A stretch of 44,596 nt of DNA from Octopus sinensis (lineage: Eukaryota), in the NCBI RefSeq assembly GCF_006345805.1, contig NW_021834878.1, positions 1 to 44,596 of the forward strand. The letters are read 5' to 3'. Of this stretch, positions 38,171-44,596 are shown piece by piece; position 1 is the first letter of the stretch; every line of letters begins with the position of its first letter. Below the pieces are notes generated by a model, which ran no database searches, was not told the DNA's origin, and saw only the letters and a program-made list of their open reading frames with translations. A program made the translations under genes and the position numbers.

Positions 38171-38504
38171 AAAAGAATACATATATATATATATATATAT
38201 AATTATATATATATATATATAATTATATATTATATATAATATATATATATATATATTATACATATACATATATACATACATACATACATGCATACATACA
38301 TACATACATACATACATACATACATACATACATACATACATGAACATATATATATATACACACTCACGCATACACACACACACACAGAGTGTGATGGGTA
38401 AACTGTTGCCATTTATATTTTATTCCCCAGTTTGCTTCAACTACCAGCATGGGTAAATCCTTGAACAAAGCTGCGTAGGAATATCTAACTTGAATGAATA
38501 TGGA

Positions 38505-38712
38505 CTAGCAGAAGCACTCCGTCGGTTGCGACGACGAGGGTCCCAGCTGATCCGATCAACAGAACAGCTTGCTCGTGAAATTAACGTGCAAGTGGCTGAG
38601 CACTCCACAGACACATGTACCCTTAACGTAGTTCTCGGGGAGATTTAGCGTGGCACAGTGTGTGACAAGGCTGACCCTTTGAAATACAGCAACAACTCAT
38701 TTGTGCCAGGGT
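38505..38712 (+). mobile_element. Probable SINE body fragment of a further family
   Basis: GATCCGATCAAC...GCTCGTGAAATTAACGTGCAAGTGGCTGAGCACTCCACAGACAC...GTAGTTCTCGGGGAG resembles a repeat I recall from octopus DNA; only one copy in this window. Confidence 0.5.
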
Positions 38713-38919
38713 AGCTCTTCTTAAGGTATACGGCCCATCTCCCAGCAAATTCTTGCGTTCATTTCACTCTCCCGCCTGTGTAAAATCTTGAACAAAACTT
38801 TGAACTGAGGAAGATTTTTACGTAAGAGCCGAATTTCCTTTTTATCGATTTGGACAATGAGCTGAAACGTAAGAATTAAAAGCATTGTTTTTTTTTCTTT
38901 TAGTTCATTCTGCGTGTGT

Positions 38920-38964
<45 letters not shown>

Positions 38965-39159
38965 GTGTGCGTGTGCGTGCGTGTGTGTGTGAGTGTACAT
39001 CGTATTTTGACATTGTAAATTTGTAAAATATCAAACAAAATAATCGATCAGGTTTTACCAGAGTTTGTTAAATGTTACGAATATCAGACGCAATATAAAT
39101 CTACAACAAATCTAATTCTGTCGTGTCGGAACCCGGCTTTCTTCTTTCATTTCCATTAC

Positions 39160-39294
39160 AATCATCATCATCATCATCATCGTCATCATCATCGTCATCA
39201 TCATCATCATCGTCATCATCATCATCACCATCATCATCATCGTCATCGTCACCATCCCCATCCTCATCATCATCGTCATCTTCATCACCATCAC

Positions 39295-39330
<36 letters not shown>

Positions 39331-39380
39331 CATCATCATCGTCATCCTCATCATCATCATCATCATCATCATCGTCATCG

Positions 39381-39418
<38 letters not shown>

Positions 39419-39440
39419 TTCATCATCATCATCGTCATCC

Positions 39441-39481
<41 letters not shown>

Positions 39482-39545
39482 GTCATCATCGTCGTCATCA
39501 TCATCATCGTCATCATCGTCGCCGTTGTCGTCGTCGTCGTCGTCG

Positions 39546-39642
<97 letters not shown>

Positions 39643-39645
39643 CAT
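39160..39645. repeat. Compound (TCA)n/(TCG)n then (TTA)n trinucleotide tract
   Basis: Direct reading; it produces the poly-D, poly-M and poly-S ORFs of the track. Confidence 0.95.
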
Positions 39646-39815
39646 AAATAATTATTATTATTTTTATTATTCCGTTCACTCTATGTCCGAATGGAACACC
39701 AAATGAGAAATTTCCGTCCGACGTACACACTAAGTGAAATTCGCAAATTTTATTAGAGAAAAGAAATTTACTTGTTACTGTTGTTCTTGTTGTTCTTGTT
39801 GTTTCTATTTGAAAG

Positions 39816-39976
39816 GTCACTTGTAATTGTATATTGAGTACGCCGTTGCATAAAGAGAGACTGTTGTTTCAACCGGTGTGGAGGTCTGGCGCGGTGGTCA
39901 GACAAGATTACTTTCAATTCAATCAACGAAGAGGAGGTGGACTTAGGCAGATCTCTGAGCTGATGGAAATACTGCG
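39816..39976 (+). CDS. Candidate 161-nt exon (VTCNCILSTPLHKERLLFQPVWRSGAVVRQDYFQFNQRRGGGLRQISELMEILR)
   Basis: A long T-rich tract ending gaaAG|GTC...CTGCG|GTGAGA; open in phase 0; higher GC than its surroundings; no homology recognised. Confidence 0.25.
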
Positions 39977-40182
39977 GTGAGATTCAAATTGGAAACTAAT
40001 TTCATATCCGGACATTTTTTCAATGGTTTGGCGTGACCCAGTGTATTTGCATCGTGAATATGTGTGTGTGTGTGTGTACGTGTGTGTGTGCGTGTGGTGT
40101 GACCGTTTCTGTGCGTGTATGTGTGGGGAAATATATATACCTATATATATATAATATATTATATATATAATATATATATTAT

Positions 40183-40215
<33 letters not shown>

Positions 40216-40242
40216 TATTATATAATATATATTATATATATA

Positions 40243-40273
<31 letters not shown>

Positions 40274-40633
40274 AATATTATAATATATATATATATATAT
40301 ACTATATATACATATACATATATGCGTGTGGCGTGTGTGCATGTGCGTGTATGTGTGTGGAAATATATTGATATATATATATATACGTATATATACAAAC
40401 ATATATATATATATATATATATATACATAAACCATATATATATATATATATTACACATCAATGTATGTATGTCCATTCTATTATATTTGTCGTCGACATA
40501 TTTGGTGCGGCTGGACTTACATAAATAATTACTTGGAATATTATGAATACTGTAAAAAAAAAAGAAAGAAAGAGCGAAAGGAAGAAAGAAAGAAAGAAAG
40601 AAAGAAAGGAAGGAAGGAAGGAAAAAAAGAAAA

Positions 40634-40669
<36 letters not shown>

Positions 40670-41000
40670 GAAATAGTAAGCAATGTACTGCATCCCATTA
40701 TTGCACCACTTAGATTCTCGAAGTTCGCGTGTTACAAGAATTTACTATATACATACGTTCAAATAGAAATACGCTCATATATCATTATCGTCATCAGCGT
40801 CATCGTCGTCGTCGTCGCCGTCATCATTATCATCATCATCATCATCATCATCATCTTGGGCACAATCATCGTCTCTTGTAGTCCAGATTTTGATGTCATT
40901 GAGTTTATGTGTTCTAAGATATCCGCATACTATATATGTGTGTGTGTGTGTGTGGATGTACGTATACATTGGTGTGAGTGTGCATCCATGTACATGTATA

Positions 41001-41040
<40 letters not shown>

Positions 41041-41198
41041 ATTTGTGTGTGTATATATACATATATATATATATGTATTATATATATATATATGTATATA
41101 TATTGTATTATATGTATATATATGTATATTATATATATATATATATTATAATATATATATATATTTAATATATATTATATATATATACTATATACATA

Positions 41199-41243
<45 letters not shown>

Positions 41244-41466
41244 ACATATATATACATATAATATATATGTATATATATATATGTATATATATGTATATAT
41301 ATGTATATATATATATATATATATATACTTATATATATAATATAGATAGATATAAGTACACACATACACACACACACCACACATATATGTACAGCAACAA
41401 TATCATTTTACGCTGCTGCAGTTCAATCAGTAAGCAGAAATGAGTAACCTTACGGTGGCCCGTAAG

Positions 41467-41508
<42 letters not shown>

Positions 41509-41515
41509 TATATCT

Positions 41516-41560
<45 letters not shown>

Positions 41561-41568
41561 TAAATAGG

Positions 41569-41645
<77 letters not shown>

Positions 41646-41949
41646 TGATTGATTGATTGATTGATTTATTTATTTATTTATTTATTGTTCTACAGTATCG
41701 TATCGAACTATGACTTCTAAGTGATATTGGGTAGACGGAAACTGTGAAGAAGCTTGTTGGATGAACTGTAATTTTGAGGCTCATCTTTTTCACACTATGG
41801 CATGCTAATTGTGTTAAAGGATTAGCTGAAATGTTGATCGGAAATTTCTTCGTAGAAATCGGTGGAAACCAGTTGATCTCTCTTCTATAATTTATATAGC
41901 TTCTCTCAGCACTTTCTAATGTCTATATTCTTCAAATATTTTCGATTAA

Positions 41950-42320
41950 CTGTTCTTACGCGAGTTATTCCCCTTGCTTCATTATTCTGCAGAATTTAAA
42001 CACCCCTCGATGTCCTACATGTATCTTCTAATTATTTGGATAATCTCGACTGGTCGAAGTTTCTTTTAGTTCATTATATCATTTATATGACACCCTACTG
42101 AACAGATTTAGTCTATAGTATTCCTCCCCACCAGTAGCCATATTGTCAACCTCTCTAATTAGTTGCTTCAGCCTTCCCATAAGGCACTGAGGCGTTTCCA
42201 GAAGGCATTATCATATTCAGTAATCCTCTCTTTGCTTTTAGGTTCAGATTACTACTACCTCTGTATTTCAATTGCTGTGTTTAATCCCTAATATCAAGCA
42301 AACTCGGATCAAGTAAACTT
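41950..42320 (-). mobile_element. Possible highly decayed RTE-like LINE C-terminus
   Basis: Minus translation ...*SEPKSKERITEYDNAFWKRLSALWEG*SN only loosely resembles the RTE pattern YGSE.W...RL..FE..C.RR...I.W.D...N. Confidence 0.25.
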
Positions 42321-43319
42321 ATGATTAAACATGTTCCAGTCGTGACCACCACGATTTTTTTACTTATAAAACATTTGTTTTATAATTTTAAATAGCGAAT
42401 GTAATTAAATTCTAGAATAGCGTGACTTGAAACATCTGTTATTTAGATGCAGTTAAAACATAGCTACTTGTGTCTTTATTGTCCAGAAATTTCGAATACT
42501 TAATATCATTATAATAACCTAATTAAAGGCAAGGATGCATTATTCAAAGTATCCTTCATATTTCAGGAGGTAAAAATATGATTTACAGGTAGTTTTTGTT
42601 GTTATTTCTAGCATATCGAGTGACTGCATGGAGGCCATCTAGGTGTTCTCATACAATTTCAGTATTATCAATGAGCGTCTCCTCTTGTGTTAATTAGTGA
42701 CAATGAGTATCTTCTTGTCTTAATTAGAGCACGAGCTTCTTGTCTTAATTAGTGTTTGTCTATACGTCGTGTTGGCTGTCAATACAGATATCACTATTTA
42801 CTATTCAAATATTGGTTTTGTGGCAACTGAGAATCATTCGAGTCCTGCCAGTCAAATTCAACTACGTCTAGATGTTTCGTATAACGTGAAGGCAAACACA
42901 ATGCCTCGAGCATGGAAATTTTAATTCTAATTAATTAAGACTCTCATGACATTGAGAAGAGGATAAACATTGGATCATGGCTAAAATCTGCTTCAGATAG
43001 ACAGGGAAGACAGTTCCAAATGTCAAAGACCCGAAATGGGTTGTCTGTACCGAAATTTCTGTTAATTCGAATTAGAAAGTGACATGCGACAAAGAGAGAT
43101 TTGAACTCCTTTTCCTCGGATGTGGTGAAAACTCCGAACTTATACTTCCGCACGAAGTCGAATACAACTGGTAGATTTGTTATAAGTAATTACTGTTATT
43201 ATTTTGTAAGCCTCTTGCACTCTATCTCTCTTTATCTCTCACGCTAAACACACACACACACGCACACACACATGCATAATCCCATTTACACATGCATAAT
43301 CACACACAACCACAGGCAA

Positions 43320-43620
43320 AGTCTACCTGGGCGGAATTTGAACTCAGAGCGTAAAAGATGATTGAAATGTCGCTAAGCAACTCTGTCCTCACCCATGATA
43401 ACAATTTTGGTTTCAAATTTGGCAAAAGGTCAGCAATTCCTAAAAACTACAATAAGTCGACTACATTGACCGCAATGCTTACCTGATATTTATCTTATCG
43501 ACCCAGAAAGGATAAAAGACAAAGCGGACCTGAGAGGATTTTGAACTCAAAACACAATGATGAACGAAGTATTGCTAAGTCTTTAGCTCGGCATACTAAT
43601 GAATTTGCCAGCCAATCGCC
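43320..43620 (-). mobile_element. SINE family B, two degraded copies
   Basis: GGCGGAATTTGAACTCAGA at about 43330 and a core at about 43470-43550. Confidence 0.7.
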
Positions 43621-43626
43621 TTAATA

Positions 43627-43852
43627 TTGGGTTGTCCGGAAAGTTCGTGCCGATGTATAGTAGCTTACCTATCGACTTACCCTCCCGAGCACTTCAATTC
43701 TGGGAAGAGGGTATTTTCAAGTTAAAGGAAAGATGGAGACACTTTGCACAACAAAATGGTTCATATTTGGTTGATTAAAAATTATAATGGTAAGTATTTG
43801 TTGATCTTTTTCTTTCCTTTAAAAATCGGCACGAACTTTCCGGACAACTCAA
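43627..43852 (+). mobile_element. Mariner-derived MITE (226 bp) retaining the transposase C-terminus
   Basis: TIRs TTGGGTTGTCCGGAAAGTTCGTGCCGAT and ATCGGCACGAACTTTCCGGACAACTCAA with TA on the left; internal FWEEGIFKLKERWRHFAQQNGSYLVD*. Confidence 0.9.
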
Positions 43853-43864
43853 CAGTAATAATAA

Positions 43865-44225
43865 TAAGGATTTAAAATTTTGCCAGAAGAGCAGCAGTTT
43901 TGGAGAAGGGGATGAGTCGATTGCATCGACCTCACTGCTCAACAGGTAGTTATTTTATCGATCCCGAAGGATGACAGGTAAAGTCAACCTGGGCAGAAAT
44001 TGAAATCTGGACGTAAAGGAAGATGAAATGCCGCAAAGCATTTTGCCCGGCAAGCTGGCAGAATGGTGAGCACGCCAAGCAAAACGCTACAGGCATTTTG
44101 TTCGGTTTTACGTTCTGAGTTCAAATTCCAGCGAGGTTAACTTTATCTTCCATCCATTCGGATTCGATAAAATAAGTACCAGTTTACCACTGGGGTCGAT
44201 GTAATCGACTTCCACGCCTCTCAAA
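43865..44225. mobile_element. Head-to-head pair of family B SINEs
   Basis: Minus copy at about 43865-44050 and plus copy from GCTGGCAGAATGG (about 44053) to 44225. Confidence 0.75.
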
Positions 44226-44420
44226 ATTGTATGTATGCATGTATGTATATATGTATACACGAGTTGGTGTAACAATATAAGATGACAAACGGAAATTACC
44301 CAGGGACACAATCCGCATGGATAATAAGTAGTAAAGTAAACCTTAACGCCCTTGATGTGGCAAGCAAGAATACTTCAAGCATTTAAGCAATCAAACCGAA
44401 TTCAGAAGAAAGAGACTTAC

Positions 44421-44481
44421 CGTTGAATCAATGCTTAAATCTCTCCAAGACGCACAGGGGAGACAAATCAGCTTGACTCCA
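44421..44481 (-). CDS. Candidate 61-nt exon (GVKLICLPCASWRDLSIDST, phase 2 to 0)
   Basis: gaattttttcAG|TGGAGTC...TCAACG|GTAAGT: strong acceptor and donor, exactly one open frame, unique sequence. Confidence 0.4.
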
Positions 44482-44596
44482 CTGAAAAAATTCTCCATTA
44501 AACTTTATAAATCCAATACATTTGTGGAAAGCAGGCATTAGTACTAGTAAACTACATTACTTTTGCATTAGTGCTCATGATAGTTCTGGTTAATAT

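Noticed and set aside
38730-38876. Strong minus-strand acceptor at 38876 with a 46-codon frame ending in MNARICWEMG
   Set aside because: Only weak donors follow (GTATAC, GTGAAA), so linking it to the 37515 exon as a signal-peptide start is too speculative.
42944-43180. Stop-poor unique segment: minus VFDFVRKYKFGVFTTSEEKEFKSLF..., plus HDIEKRINIGSWLKSASDRQGRQ
   Set aside because: It might be an exon or a transposon-derived domain remnant, but strand, frame and donor are ambiguous and I recognise no family with confidence.

Overview
AT-rich eukaryotic DNA made up mostly of repeats, with no recognisable complete protein-coding gene. The SINE families and the extreme density of (TA)n/(CA)n/(AAT)n/(GATA)n microsatellites resemble an octopus (coleoid cephalopod) genome; this is an inference from recalled repeat families, not a database hit. 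Nearly all ORFs in the supplied track are microsatellite translations. Supported elements: many copies of two tRNA-headed SINE families; a decayed Penelope-like retroelement (RT plus C-terminal GIY-YIG) with a Helitron inserted in its RT; a hAT transposase remnant; two mariner derivatives; a CR1/L2-group LINE 3' end split by a SINE; and further non-autonomous Helitrons. The most interesting signal is a set of six minimal type-I hammerhead ribozyme motifs in four unrelated short elements, most of them beside simple repeats. Two of these motifs sit back-to-back in a ~551-bp near-perfect palindrome with no spacer (21744-22294). A second family shows 5'-inverted ends of variable length. There is also a tentative, phase-compatible chain of small minus-strand exons (6, 15 and 27 nt microexons among them) that may belong to an unidentified host gene whose introns contain these repeats.
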